Positions 13,007 through 26,314 of a DNA stretch of 47,920 bases are shown here, piece after piece. Each line of letters starts with the position of its first letter. The stretch's first letter is position 1. Under the pieces are notes generated by a model that saw only the letters and a list, made by a program, of their open reading frames with translations, was not told the DNA's origin and did not search any database. This DNA is from Octopus bimaculoides (taxonomy: Eukaryota). Location: assembly GCF_001194135.2 (NCBI RefSeq), contig NC_068995.1, positions 11,861,617 to 11,909,536 of the forward strand. Reading direction: 5' to 3'. The position numbers and the translations under genes were made by a program.

Positions 13007-13125
13007 GGAGGTACATGGCCTTGTGGTTAGAGCAGCGGTCGAGGGATCGCGGGTTCGAATCTCAGACCGGGCGATGTGTGTGTGTGTTTATGAGCGAAAC
13101 ACCTAAACTCCACGCAGAAGGTAAT
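13007..13125 (+). mobile_element. SINE family C, tRNA-like head fragment
   Basis: ggaggtacatggccttgtggttagagcagcgg...gggttcgaatctcagaccgggcg...tttatgagcgaaacacctaaa shows Pol III A- and B-box-like motifs and matches the head of the 46154 copy. Confidence 0.75.
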
Positions 13126-14154
13126 GGCAAACTTCTGCTGAAGTTGCACCTGTTATTTCAGTGCAATGGCAAAGCTAGGTAACGAAACTTAAGGAAAACG
13201 TTAACAAGGCAGCGGATACCATTATTTCTGGTTGTGGTTTGACGGATGGCATGTGATAATGTCTAACAACACAACATTCCGATTTTGTTATAAATACTGA
13301 ATGTCCTTACTTTTTAAAAGCTGAAATGTGCTTTGAGAAATATTTGAATTTTACCTCTAGCGCATTGGGGGTCCTATTTGATGCTTATCTATTGACTGTT
13401 GATGTGTTTGATGGTCCAGATAAGTTTCTCACGAGCGTCAGCATCATTAAAGTTGGTCTAGCCATGACCGTCAGTTTTGAATTTCTTTCAAACAATGTAT
13501 TTTGGACGGCATTTATGCTATGTGTCATTGCTGGCCTGAGATCGTTTGCTCTGAGGGAGGTTCATATAAATATTTAAAAGTTACGTAGGCAACAAACAAA
13601 CTAACAACTATCATAATGTCCTCAAGAGGATGTACATACACACATACGTATATACATACACATCTATATATTCATATATATGCTTGTATATATATATATA
13701 TATNNNNNNNNNNNNNNNNNNNNNNNNNNNNNNNNNNNNNNNNNNNNNNNNNNNNNNNNNNNNNNNNNNNNNNNNNNNNNNNNNNNNNNNNNNNNNNNNN
13801 NNNNNNNNNNNNNNNNNNNNNNNNNNNNNNNNNNNNNNNNNNNNNNNNNNNNNNNNNNNNNNNNNNNNNNNNNNNNNNNNNNNNNNNNNNNNNNNNNNNN
13901 NNNNNNNNNNNNNNNNNNNNNNNNNNNNNNNNNNNNNNNNNNNNNNNNNNNNNNNNNNNNNNNNNNNNNNNNNNNNNNNNNNNNNNNNNNNNNNNNNNNN
14001 NNNNNNNNNNNNNNNNNNNNNNNNNNNNNNNNNNNNNNNNNNNNNNNNNNNNNNNNNNNNNNNNNNNNNNNNNNNNNNNNNNNNNNNNNNNNNNNNNNNN
14101 NNNNNNNNNNNNNNNNNNNNNNNNNNNNNNNNNNNNNNNNNNNNNNNNNNNNNN

Positions 14155-14210
<56 letters not shown>

Positions 14211-14557
14211 AGATATGCATGTTTATATGTATATATTTCAGTAACAAAGCCAAAAGCGCTTCCTTATGTGTATATTTATTTCACTCCTTTTTTGTTATGC
14301 TGTTTGTGCATAAAATGTACATTGCTTAAATAATGATAAGTCCCGTCTAAAGCTGAGATATGCTAATTTGTCTATCCATCACAGAAATAATTTAATATCA
14401 ATTACCGAATGCTTTACAAATTTAGCTAAACATTTTGTGCTGTCAGTTGAGAGATGACATTAGTATATCAACGAACGCAGCGGCCAATAGACGTTCCGTC
14501 ATGAGCCTTGGCCCATTTTTTTCCTAAACATCAAAAGCATAGAAGTAATACGTTTAC

Positions 14558-14582
14558 CTTCATAAATTGTAAATCATCGCAA
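14558..14582 (-). CDS. Candidate 25-nt micro-exon (xCDDLQFMK)
   Basis: Minus strand: long pyrimidine tract ...catgtttcttccccttag|TTGCGATGATTTACAATTTATGAAG|gtaaac. One frame is open (phase 2 to 0). The tract could simply be microsatellite-derived. Confidence 0.25.
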
Positions 14583-14734
14583 CTAAGGGGAAGAAACATG
14601 ATAGAAGGATAGGGATAAAAAGGCAGAGAGAGTGAAAGAAAGAGAGAGGGGGAGAAAGAGAAATGGTATCTGATAGACGTAATTCCAGAACCTAAGATCT
14701 TGGTTATATTATTGTTATTCTTATCCATAGTTTG

Positions 14735-15615
14735 AAGGCAGCGGGCAGGCAATATCAGTAGCATGCTGGGCAAAATACTCTGTGGGATTTCGTCTGTCTC
14801 TACTTTCTGAGTTCAAATAGCACCGGGGTCAAAATTTACCTTTCATTCATGTCGATAAAATAAGCAACAGTTGAATCGGCTGACCGTGTACCAAAATTTC
14901 GTCCCGTTTTTATCAATAGTTCAAAGTCGGTGAGCTGGCAGAATCTTTAACCGCGCTGCACGAAGTTCCTAGCAGTTATTTCTTCCGGTTTTACGTTTTG
15001 ACTTCAAATTCCGCTAAAGTTGACTTCACCTTTCATATACCCTGGGATCAATAAAATAGGTACCAGCTGAGTACTGTCGTCGATGTAATTTAGCAGCTCC
15101 CTTTTCCAAAATTTCATGCTTGTTCCTATAGTGGAAAGGAGTATTATCCATATCTTAAAGACAACGAGCTGGCAAAATAGTCAGCCAAAATTGTTAGCTT
15201 CTTTTTCAGCTGTTTATGTTCGACGTTCATGTTCTACCGACGTCAGCTTTGCATTTAATCGTCTCGAGATCAGAAAAAAGTACGAGTTGAGCACTGGGAT
15301 CGATATAATTGAATAACCAGCCCTCACCTCAAAACATATTAGTCTTCACCTAAGATTTGAAAATTTTTCCATAGCGATTATTCCGCATCTTTATCAATCA
15401 ATTGCTGGAGTCGATGTAATTATCTTGAATACTTTCCCCAAACTTCTGGCCTTGTGCCAATATTAGAAAGAGATATTATCATGATTACTAATAAAGCGAT
15501 GAGCTGGCAGAATCGTTAACACACCGGGTAAAATGCTTAGCGGCATTTCGTCCATCTTTACCTTGGAGCTCAAATTCCGCCGAGGTCAACTTTGCCTTTT
15601 ATCCCTTCACAACCA
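14735..15615 (+). mobile_element. Cluster of about five SINE family B copies or fragments, all in the same orientation
   Basis: Family B motifs (gagctggcagaatc, gagttcaaattcc, aagtacc.gttgagcactgggg.tcgat) recur at about 14735, 14929, 15165, 15400 (tail only) and 15495. Confidence 0.75.
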
Positions 15616-15617
15616 CA

Positions 15618-15978
15618 AGGTTTCGGCTTCATTCCCACTCTGTGGCACCTTGGGCAAGTATCTTCTACTTCTCGTGCCGATCAATCTTCTGAGTGGAATT
15701 GCTAGACGGTAGCTGAAAGAAGCCCGTCGTCTACGTTATATATATTATATAAATGTGTGTGTATGTGCGTTTGTATGTATGTGTGCGTGCGTGTGTGTGT
15801 CTTTATCTGTCTTTGTCCCTTTCCACCAATTGACAACCGATGTTGGCAGGTTTGACACTCCCTAACTTAGCGGAATAATTATCAAAATAAAGTACTGGGG
15901 TGGATTCACTCGATTAAATATTTTTCAAGGCGGTGCCTCTGCATGGCCGCAATTTAATGACTAAAACAAATAAAAGAA
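15618..15978 (+). mobile_element. SINE family A, 5'-truncated
   Basis: cccactctgtggcaccttgggcaagta, gaaagaagcccgtcg, an internal TG/TA microsatellite, ttgacaaccgatgttgg and ggcggtgcc...gcatggccgca are collinear with the 30317-30814 copy. Confidence 0.8.
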
Positions 15979-16216
15979 GAAAAAACCTAATTATCTAAAT
16001 ATCTGGTTGTGAATTGCAGTTGATTTCAATCAATGAATGAGATATAATTTGCACCTGAGAATGTTCCTGGTTAACATGCGTCGTGTGAGAAGGGTTTAAC
16101 CAACGATTATCGATTTTAGCTTCACTATTTTCTGGATCATGCCCATGTCTATCCTTAGAGGTAATTTGTTAATGTGTCAATTGGATCAATGATACGCCTT
16201 TCCAATAATCAGATAC

Positions 16217-16317
16217 CTTCTGCCAAGGATATAAATCATTGTTAATGTTGGTATGTTGATACGTTGTCTTTTATCACAAATGAATCGATACGAATGCTAT
16301 TAGTTTATGGTGGGGGT
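16217..16317 (-). CDS. Candidate exon with an ATG near its 3' end (MIYILGR)
   Basis: Minus strand: ...ctgtctttctttttaag| 101 nt |gtatct. All frames are closed from the acceptor; the first ATG at 16239 is open to the donor in phase 2. Confidence 0.2.
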
Positions 16318-16520
16318 CTTAAAAAGAAAGACAGAACGAGAGGGGCAGAAAAAAAGAGGCCAACTGAGTCAGGCCTATTCCTTTCAACTACAACGTCTGT
16401 GGCCCTATGCCAATGTTAAAAATCATTATAATAATTATCGTATTTAATTAGGTATTTTACTTGAGCCATCCCAAAAATGTAGTAGTTGGATGAACTGGTG
16501 TTTCCTTGGCATTCTGTATT

Positions 16521-16559
<39 letters not shown>

Positions 16560-16929
16560 NNNNNNNNNNNNNNNNNNNNNNNNNNNNNNNNNNNNNNNNN
16601 NNNNNNNNNNNNNNNNNNNNNNNNNNNNNNNNNNNNNNNNNNNNNNNNNNNNNNNNNNNNNNNNNNNNNNNNNNNNNNNNNNNNNNNNNNNNNNNNNNNN
16701 NNNNNNNNNNNNNNNNNNNNNNNNNNNNNNNNNNNNNNNNNNNNNNNNNNNNNNNNNNNNNNNNNATCTCATTGGCTCGTATCATATATGTTAATTTGTA
16801 CGGAGGCTGTAAATCAAGATTTTCCCGACCGAGGGGTGATATTTATTATTATATTTTTTCGCCATGTAACAATGTTTACTAAGCTAACTTAACAGAAACG
16901 AAAGAAATATAATGGACGTAATAGAAGCA

Positions 16930-16986
<57 letters not shown>

Positions 16987-17788
16987 AATAAGTAAATAAA
17001 TACAAAATCAACCACATAGACAAATAAAAAAATACTAGCAAATATCAGAAGCAAAATAATAATAAAAAAAAAAAGAGAAACCAGGCACAACAAAGAACAA
17101 ACAACAAGAGTGTGTAATTTAGCCTGTTAGATATTTACATAAATCAATAAAATATCGGTCTCCTTTCAGGCAAACGAATGATGCAGTGTAAGGTGATAAT
17201 CATAAATCTTCTAAACTCAAATACTAATTAGAAATATTTCATACTCAAGTATTTCGCTTCCTTTCTGAAATCTTCTTTGATATATTGCTAATTTATTGTA
17301 CAAGAGAACAGGATTTATACTTTCTGTATATTTCATTATTATTATTATTATTTTTTTTGCTTCTTCTCTTTTGCTTCGGCATATATTGATATATATATAT
17401 ATATATATATTTTTTGTTGCACGGAAAATCCTATAAGAAACTTATAAGATTCCATTACAAATTGTTTTAAAACGAACGCTTTTGTTTGTATTTCTGTATA
17501 CTGAAGTATCAATCACCTAACCGGCCGATACACACGCATACATAAACTCATGTCTATATACACTTGCACACACACACACACACACAGACACACACACACA
17601 CAGACACACGCACACACAGACACACACACACAAACACACACAAACACACACAGCAAAATACATAAATACGTATATTTCGTACCAATATATTCATATACGT
17701 ATGCATATGTGTACTTGTAAATACATATGCATATCTATCTATATATGTTATGTATTTGTTAAGGTATATATACATATATATATGTTAC

Positions 17789-17826
<38 letters not shown>

Positions 17827-17861
17827 CAAATAATATATATGATACATACATATATATATAC

Positions 17862-17895
<34 letters not shown>

Positions 17896-18120
17896 GGTGG
17901 GTGGTTTGGTATCACCAAATGACGATTCATTTGGAAAGCCGTGTAGGCGCTAGATGGCTCCAGCACACTCCCTACTCACTCAAGTCATGAAAACTGAAAA
18001 ATGGATAATGCTTTGCTTCATCTGGTCGAGTATCTTTTTTTTTTATCAGTCCCCGAAAGAATGACTGAAAATATATATAGAGATAGGAAATAATGACAGC
18101 TTAGAATATTTATGCATATT

Positions 18121-18186
18121 GGTGCAGGAGTGGCTTTGTGGTAAGTAGCTTGCGTAGCGATTACATGGTTCCAAGTTCAGTCTCAC
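18121..18186 (+). mobile_element. SINE family A, head fragment
   Basis: ggtgcaggagtggctttgtggtaagtagcttgc...acatggttccaagttcagtc matches the family A head. Confidence 0.75.
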
Positions 18187-18307
18187 ATATTTTATATATT
18201 TTCTCGTGACTCTCAGCCACTCTTTTAATTATTTAGTTTCCGTGAAGCATTATATTTATTAATTTATTATCATTTTGTATTTATTGATTTTCGTTTGCAA
18301 AGATTAT

Positions 18308-18510
18308 CGATTTCAGACGGTCGAAGAAATCGAAAAAAATTAGCTACTAGAATTGATCTCCCTTCCGAATACAGGTGCCACGACACATTTGGAAACAAAG
18401 TTTGGAAGAACTGTATTAAAAAAATGAGAGAACGCTTTTGAGGAGCCAATGCTTGATTAAATCGCAATTCAGCTATCGTTGCTTTGTTTTGTGTGTATTC
18501 TTTATGGAAA
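18308..18510 (+). mobile_element. Decayed mariner transposase C-terminus
   Basis: RFQTVEEIEKN*LLELISLP, then (frameshifted) KVWKNCIKK, parallels the mariner RFxxxEEIxxxxxxELxxIP...KRWxKCI C-terminal pattern. Confidence 0.45.
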
Positions 18511-20193
18511 GATGCCATGTAGATTCGGTTAGTTGATGAGGATAGTGAAGGTTTTCCATATTTTCGTATAGTTGGGTATATGTGTACGAGTTTGCGTTCT
18601 GTATGGCAAATACTGTATTTCTATACTGTGTCCCAAACTGAAAGCTGAAATTATTGGTTCTGACACGTAAAAGCAACAATTGTTGGACTAATGAGCTATT
18701 TGCACGGGATTTGACAATAGATATTTGAGTAAATACGTGGCTGGAGGGACTGAAAAGAAAAATTACACAATGACTGTTTAGTTTTAGTAAATAACCAAAA
18801 TTAGAAACCATTAAATTAAGGTAGGAATTTTAATAGAGGGGCAAGAAGAACAAGAAGAAGCTATTCAGAAAGACAACGAGACCGACGGATTGGCAAGCTG
18901 AACGATTCCTGAGCATTTATTTAGTGCAAAGCACGAAATCTGCATTTATCGTGCTAAAGTGCGTGCTCTTAGATTCGAGGATACATACAATTTTCAATGG
19001 GAGCCGATGAATGTAGGATATGATTTCAAACATTTGTAGGAAGTCTTGCAACAACATTTTGTCAAAATGTTTGATAGGAAGACGGATTAAAATCACCTTC
19101 TGCCGCTACTAATTTCCTCTAACGTTGGATGTACAAAGATATCCTTTTCATATAGCCTCAACTTTTATTTTAATGTGGAGTGGTAACAGGAGCACAACAG
19201 AATGTTCATGTTCAAAGGCTAAACTTGGGTTATCTGATTTCGAGCAGCAGTAGGAGTTTCTTCATCAACTGGTGGAAAAGGTTGATAGGAAAATACATGT
19301 ATGTATGTGTGTATATCTTTTGAAAGTGTATAGTTTGTGTATGTGGTAGTGCACCTTTGTCAGCCCTTGCTGTTGTGCGTCAATCAAATAACGTAATACA
19401 AATTTGACGGAAGATGAAATGATCGATATTCTTCTCCCTTGGAAATGTAACCTATTGTTTGTTATCAGTGTTTAACATCGTCATCGGCATTATCCTCCTC
19501 ATCGTCCCCTTCGTCATTTTTAACTTAATTAAAAGATTTGTAGATATTCTAACACTAGAGTTGTTGCTTTATAGTTCCGTGCCCTAGTTGGTGAATGCTT
19601 TCGCTAGCACTGAGTTCTATTATCCTCACACTTATAAGAGCAGGAGTTCTCATAAAATGGAGGATCATACGGCATTATAAATATATATACACATGCACAG
19701 ACACACACACACACATACAAATTAATTACGAATTGATTGCTTGCTTTGAAAACAAATTTGAACAAATAGTTCTAGTCAAGAGTTAATTGCACGCTCCTTG
19801 AACTGGCCGAATTTTGAACTCTAAAAGACATTAGTGTCTTCAAGCATTTATGGAATACATTCAATGTCCAACTCTGTGTATTCCGTTTTTCTTTTTTATT
19901 AAAATATCCCCTTTCAGCCTTTATTTCCAGTTTTCTATTCGGTTTAGATTAACGAATGAAGGGGCCTCTTATGCGAACCAATCGGTTAATTAACAATGGA
20001 AATCTTTTAGATCAAACAATCTTGTAATCTTTTGTTATGATATTGCAGTCAATATCTTTAATTACATAGTTCGTAGCTGAAACACAGGTGGTTAATGTTT
20101 GATAGCTACGATTCAATAATAACGCTATAAACGGAAGAAGAGGCTTCAAAGTTGATGCAAGACTCTCCCATATATTCATATAATACATACATG

Positions 20194-20229
<36 letters not shown>

Positions 20230-21593
20230 NNNNNNNNNNNNNNNNNNNNNNNNNNNNNNNNNNNNNNNNNNNNNNNNNNNNNNNNNNNNNNNNNNNNNNN
20301 NNNNNNNNNNNNNNNNNNNNNNNNNNNNNNNNNNNNNNNNNNNNNNNNNNNNNNNNNNNNNNNNNNNNNNNNNNNNNNNNNNNNNNNNNNNNNNNNNNNN
20401 NNNNNNNNNNNNNNNNNNNATATTGTATTATTAGTATTATATATATGTATATGATGTATACACACACACACACGCACATCTAGATACTCTTGTGTGTATA
20501 TGTGTGTGTATACGTGCTTGTATTTTTTTTATTTCAGCAGCCAGGAATGGGAGATTTCTTATCATTTATTTTACAATACTTGTTGCTGCTGTTGCTGGTA
20601 GTTGTTTGGGGTTTTTTTAAAGGGTGGGGGTGGGTTGAGGGGGTACTTGTTTAGCTCTTATTTTTTCGTTGCACTTATTTATTTATGTATTATTTTTTTA
20701 CTTTATTTTATTTTATTTTATTTTATTTATTTGGCAAGCTTCTACTTTTTCAATAGAAATTTAAACAGTTCAATTCTCAGATATTCAGAGTTATCTTAAC
20801 CACATTTTTGGTCTTTACAATCACTCATCGATCAGCACCTCTTCCTTTCTTTTCTTTCCTTCCTTCCTTCCTTCATTCATTCATCCTTTCTTTCTTTCTC
20901 TTTGCATTGACATTAAGCAGATAACAGATAGCGGGATAATAGTTAGCCTCCAAAACAAACAAAAACAAAAAAATATACAAAGCAAAAATAAGGAAACAAC
21001 AAACAACAAACAGAAGACAGAAACTGTATTCTTTGTTTAACTCTGGATTCTGTTATTTCTTATCTAACAAATTTGTGCATCTATTTATTTATTTGCTTCT
21101 CTTATTATTATTATTATTATTATTATTATCATTATTATTATTATTATTATTATTGTTGTTGTTGCTATTATTATTATTATTATTTTAAATTCTGATAACA
21201 CGAGAAATATCATGATGGAGGCGACCTAGTTTTCTAATCATCAAAATTAACTTTAAAAGGTGCGCTAAGAATGATGTTTTTCTTTTTTCCTTCCTTTCTC
21301 TTCAGCTATCTGTAAATGTAGATTACGTCACCATTTAAAGGAACGAGTACCGTTAAAATGAGTAACTCACCTTTATTTTTAGTAAGAAATAAAAAGCAAA
21401 GTAGTAGGTTTCTGGTCTTCCACCATGTGACAAAACCTGCTTTGGTTTGTGTAACACACATTTTCAGAGCTAAATTGTTCTGCGGTAAAGATGGACACTA
21501 ATTACTAGAATAACTGAATGTGTTGGATTGATTTTAGAGTTACGAATGCAATCACTCACCCGTTTTCATGGAATCACTATTGTGTTCTATTGT

Positions 21594-21787
21594 TTCTTTA
21601 GAGGGGACAAACAAGGACAAAGGGATTAAGTCGATTACATCGACCCCAGTGCATAACTGGTACTTTAGTGTTTGGTCGGCCCGAGGCTATAATAGAAGAT
21701 ACTTGCCCAAAGTACCACACACTAGAACTGAGACCGTAACCATGTGGTTGGGAAGCAAGCTTCCTACCATACAGCGCCACCTGCGCC
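21594..21787 (-). mobile_element. Chimeric SINE: family A head joined to a family B-type tail
   Basis: Minus strand reads ggcgcagg...cccaaccacatggt...tatagcctcgggccgacc (A head), then directly aagtaccagttatgcactggggtcgatgtaatcgacttaatccc (B tail). Confidence 0.7.
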
Positions 21788-22788
21788 TATATAAATATTT
21801 ATCTATGTTCACACGGAGAAGTTTCTAAATGAAGATTGAGTCGACACAGACAAATGGTACTTCATCATTCTGTGTATGTGCGCGTATATCATTCTGTGTA
21901 TGTACGTGTTAATCCTTTTGATGACGTTCTTGTCCTGCAAGCCACCACAGACACACGTAACAACTACATTACCAGTTCATCTGTGTAGTGTATGGCACGT
22001 TATATCTGTAAATATACATTATATAAGCGGATCATAGGTATCTGATTTTGTTAAAAATTCGTAATCCTGGGGTTTGAAAACCGTGTAATGCATTGCGGGG
22101 AATAGGTAGTGTCCATCGTTTCATAGATAATCTGTCAAAAGCACAGCCCTTCAGAAATAACCATGGAACTTTCCTTGCAGACTGGCCTCTTGCAGGAAGT
22201 TATTGGAGTTAGAAACAAAACCAATACTGAATAGATACATATTTATGATGGTCCGTCCTGTATTGCAAGCGAAAATATTAATTAAATAATGTAATATACT
22301 ATAAATAATTCCGGGTGTGAGAGAACAGTTAATGAAATCGATTAAAGTATTTCACGTGTATTTATTTTATTGACCTATACCAAACAATATTCAAGCATAT
22401 CGACCTCGGCGCGATTTGAAATCAAAACTCAAAACCTAATGCATCTGACGTTTCTCTTTTTTTTGCTTTCTTTAGATGCTTTATAGATTTTACAATATAC
22501 CGCCCTTTGTAGTGCTAAAATAATGATATCTCAAATCCCTTAATAATTATTTCTATAATCCATCGTGTTAGAATAATGAATTATTTATTAAATACATCTA
22601 TTTACATACATATTGTAAGACTGGCAGACGCCAAAAGACTATACGTATATATTACTTTCTGATCAGCAAACTACGAAAACATACGATTGTTTTGTTTCAC
22701 TTTATTATTATAACTTTTATTATTCCTTTTTTTTTTATTTTACCTAACTACTTGTTTGTGTGTATGTGTGTGTGTATGTGAGCGTGAG

Positions 22789-22825
<37 letters not shown>

Positions 22826-23689
22826 CTGTGTTTGTGTGTGTGTGTGTGTGTGTGTTTGTGTGTGTGCGTGCACGTGCGTTTAAGTGGGTGTGTTCTGCTT
22901 TTAGAACATCATCTGATAATCAAGATAGATTTATAAACGATACTCTATAAACGATACTCTATATGCTGATGTCAGAACATAGTTTCAGTGACCGCGGTAA
23001 AATGATCCAAGTATGAATAGCAGCGAATATCTTTGGATACCTGGTTTGATGGCGGCAGCGTTTCACTAACAACTGTTTGATATATCAAAGGCTTAGAATA
23101 TTATTTTTCATTCTATACTCGACGCACCAACTCTACGAGCTTATATCGAAAAGTTTCCAGACAGTAAGCACTCTGATTGCACTGTTCAACGGAAATGCGA
23201 GCGCATTTGATGATCATCGGTAGCTAACCTTCAGTGTCAGTCTAAAGCTAGACTTCAAACCGTCAACTGAGACAGTCTCCAAGCAGATTTTATGTCACTT
23301 ATAGAGTGAGTCTACAAATGGATGACGTGCTGTCTACTCGTTTTTAGCCATTACATTTTGTAACGCCCCAGAACGGTCTGTGTTTTTTTTATAATTGATG
23401 ACAAATTGAACCAGACGTTTCTGGATCGAACACTGCATGATACCCAGCTACAGGGACACTATATATGCTTCTTCATGCTCTTGGCCAATATGCTTTAGTT
23501 TGAAGACAGGTTTTTTTTGTGGCACGCGTATTTCAAATCCGGTCGATTTTTGATGGTGAATGTTCTTATTGATCAATCTCTAGCAAAACGATATAAAATA
23601 GGAAATAAATTAGTGAATTCATTTTTGAGAACCCATCTTTCAGATGATTGGAATCAGTTATGGAATCTGCCTTGGCAAAGTCTGAGCAT

Positions 23690-23960
23690 GCACTACATTC
23701 GCTCCCCGCTTTCAGTACGCTTCTGACCTATTACTCCGAAAACATTATCATGTTTTTCTAAATTGAGTTTCAAACTGAAGGGAAACCCATATGAAAATGG
23801 TAGAGATACTAGTCGGATTTTGTGGAGAGAGATTTTGCAGCGTGTTTGGAGAAGGTGTAAAATATACATCAGGATTAGTGCGCTCACCCCGAAAGAGTAT
23901 TTCGTAGAAGAGAGTACCCGTATGCAAATGATATATGAAGTCCATTGTTTACTAGAGTTC
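23690..23960 (+). mobile_element. Possible highly decayed mariner transposase fragment
   Basis: FSKLSFKLKGNPYE...KEYFVE loosely matches the mariner FPKLKxxLKGxRF...GEYFE pattern. The match is weak. Confidence 0.28.
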
Positions 23961-24959
23961 TGATGTACTTTTATTGAGACCTAATCGGAGAAATCTGGAA
24001 TCCAAACAGTATATGAGAAAGGAAGAATTTAATGTTTCGGCTCTTTAAGTTTTTAGTTTAATAAAGACAAAATGCCCAGAGCCAGAAGAGTTACCTCAAG
24101 GCAACTCAATTTTGTAGCAGTTACAACATTTCACTGCTTAGAGCTAGTATTTTATTTCTCGACAACCAGAAACTGAAAGGAAAAGATGAATTTGGTATTT
24201 GAACTAAAAATATTCAAAACCGAAACAAATGTTTCAATGACAATATATTCCTTTTATTTCTACGTGGTGAGGTTTAACATACCACATGGAAAGACGTATA
24301 ATGTTTGTAGTATCTTATGGAACATGCTACCAAATCTAAGACACAAGTTCACTTAATTCATTCCGCTAATTAGAAACTCTTCTGTGTAAAAGGGGTACCA
24401 AAGAGATTTCCTGTCTTTGCCAATACATGGTCATTAACTATCATTATACTATCGCTAACATTTTCGTATTCTGAGTCCCTTTCAAACGTTAAATATTAAG
24501 TTCCTTTATTTTATATGCTCTACCTTCCTAAAGACTATATTTATTTGTAAATTTCATTAGCTATATCAATGGTACTGCGTGAGGCCATTCATTATATATA
24601 TAACATTGATTAGCTACTGAATCCGTTCGCTGGTTGTCTACAACATCCGATCAACCATTAGCTTATACAACTTCCAATTCAACTCTTTTGTGATTGTATT
24701 GAAATACATTGACTGTATGTTTGAATTGATTTTGAAAAACGTCAAGAATTTGAAGGGATTTTGGAAAATAACCATATTTTTATATTTTTAATCTGTTAGA
24801 ACATAAGTGATAGAAAGATTCTTGCATAAAATTATGTCAGAAGGTTTTAAAATTTGCGTATGAATAAGTCGAAACGGTGGCTGATGAATAAGTGAAGCAG
24901 AAGCTGTCTCAGACGTGTTGGTATGAAAAGGGTTAAGGGTTTTATTGTTCTGCATAGTA

Positions 24960-24997
24960 TGCAGTAGTGGTAGCAGTAGTAGTATTAGTAGTAGTAT

Positions 24998-25030
<33 letters not shown>

Positions 25031-25127
25031 CAATTGTAGGAGAAGTCGTAGTAGTTGTAGTAGCAATAGTAGGTGTTCTGTTATTATTAGTAGAAGCCCT
25101 TCTGGGGCAGCAGCAGCAGCAGCAGTG

Positions 25128-25176
<49 letters not shown>

Positions 25177-25375
25177 CAGTAGCAGTAGTGTTGGTGGTGG
25201 TCGTAGCATTAGAAGCTGCAACAGCAGCGGTAGTATTAGTAGTAGTAGCACTTGTTTTAGAAATAGTAGTTAGGTAGTAGTTGCTGTTTTTGCAGTAGTA
25301 TTAACAACAGCAACAACAGCAACAGTATTAGTAGTAGTAGTAGTGGTGGTGGTGGTGGTGGTGGTGGTGGTGGTA
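24960..25375. repeat. Compound (AGT)/(GCA)/(GGT) microsatellite
   Basis: Directly visible. Confidence 0.95.
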
Positions 25376-26020
25376 AGAGCTTTCCCCTTTGTTCATCGTC
25401 CCTGATATAACAGATGCATGATCAAAATTCAATCCACTGATGATAATCCAATCGGTTTAGATGACGTACATTGCATTAACCAATTTACCATTCAAGATTC
25501 AAGACATCGAACTGGCTCAGTTGTTAGACAGTTGGATAGAATGCAACGCTGTGTTTGTTTACGAATTTTTGCAACTTGAGTTCAAGTTCCTCCCTTGCCT
25601 TACTACCTGTGGAATAAAATACCAAAGCGATACGATTGTTTGTGTATGTTATATATATATATATTCTGATTTCTGAAACTAAATTTCGAAGTCATTGAGA
25701 TGTGTATTTAAATATATGTATATCCTCTTTTTGGAACAGCAACACTCGAAGCAGATAAAGCTATAAATAATAGCGTGTGAATACTGCGTTGAGAAAAAAA
25801 ACTCTTTGGATAGAAAAATCGCAGACTGCTCGTGCGACTCGAACCCACAAACTCTGTCAACATTACAGACATTCTATCATAGAATTTCTCTATCCATTAA
25901 AATGTTGTTATTTTTTTTTTTTTATCTGCTTCGAGTTTCAATTTCCGAAAGAAAAAAAATAATTAATTATTTACGTTCTCCCGAAGTCTATAAGTTCTGT
26001 TTGTGCGTGCGTATGCTGGG

Positions 26021-26233
26021 TAGAATATTTTCTACTCTAGGTACAAGGCCCAAAATGTTTGTGGAAAGGGGCCAGTCGATTAGATCGGCCCCAATACGCA
26101 ACTGGTGCGTAATTCATCGACACTGATAAGATGAAAGGAAAAGTCGAGGGAATTTGAGTTCAGAACGAAAAAACAGACAAAATACTGCTAAGCATTTCGC
26201 CCGGCGTCCTTAAGTTTCTGCAACCTCGGTGCC
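26021..26233 (-). mobile_element. SINE family B, near full length
   Basis: Reverse complement is collinear with 37378-37574 from head to tail. Confidence 0.85.
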
Positions 26234-26314
26234 TTCGTATTCTCGGTAGAATGTAGAGAGGAAATATAACTCAAAGCACGAGTGTATATATATATATACA
26301 TATTTTTTATCTTT

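Noticed and set aside
18473-18811. 112-codon minus-strand ORF behind a strong acceptor at about 18750
   Set aside because: No recognisable protein, and the 3' part overlaps the mariner relic on the other strand. A few ORFs of this length are expected by chance in a window this size.
24880-24936. ...AAAAGGG|TTAA resembling a piggyBac right end
   Set aside because: No matching TTAA|CCCT left terminus was found nearby.
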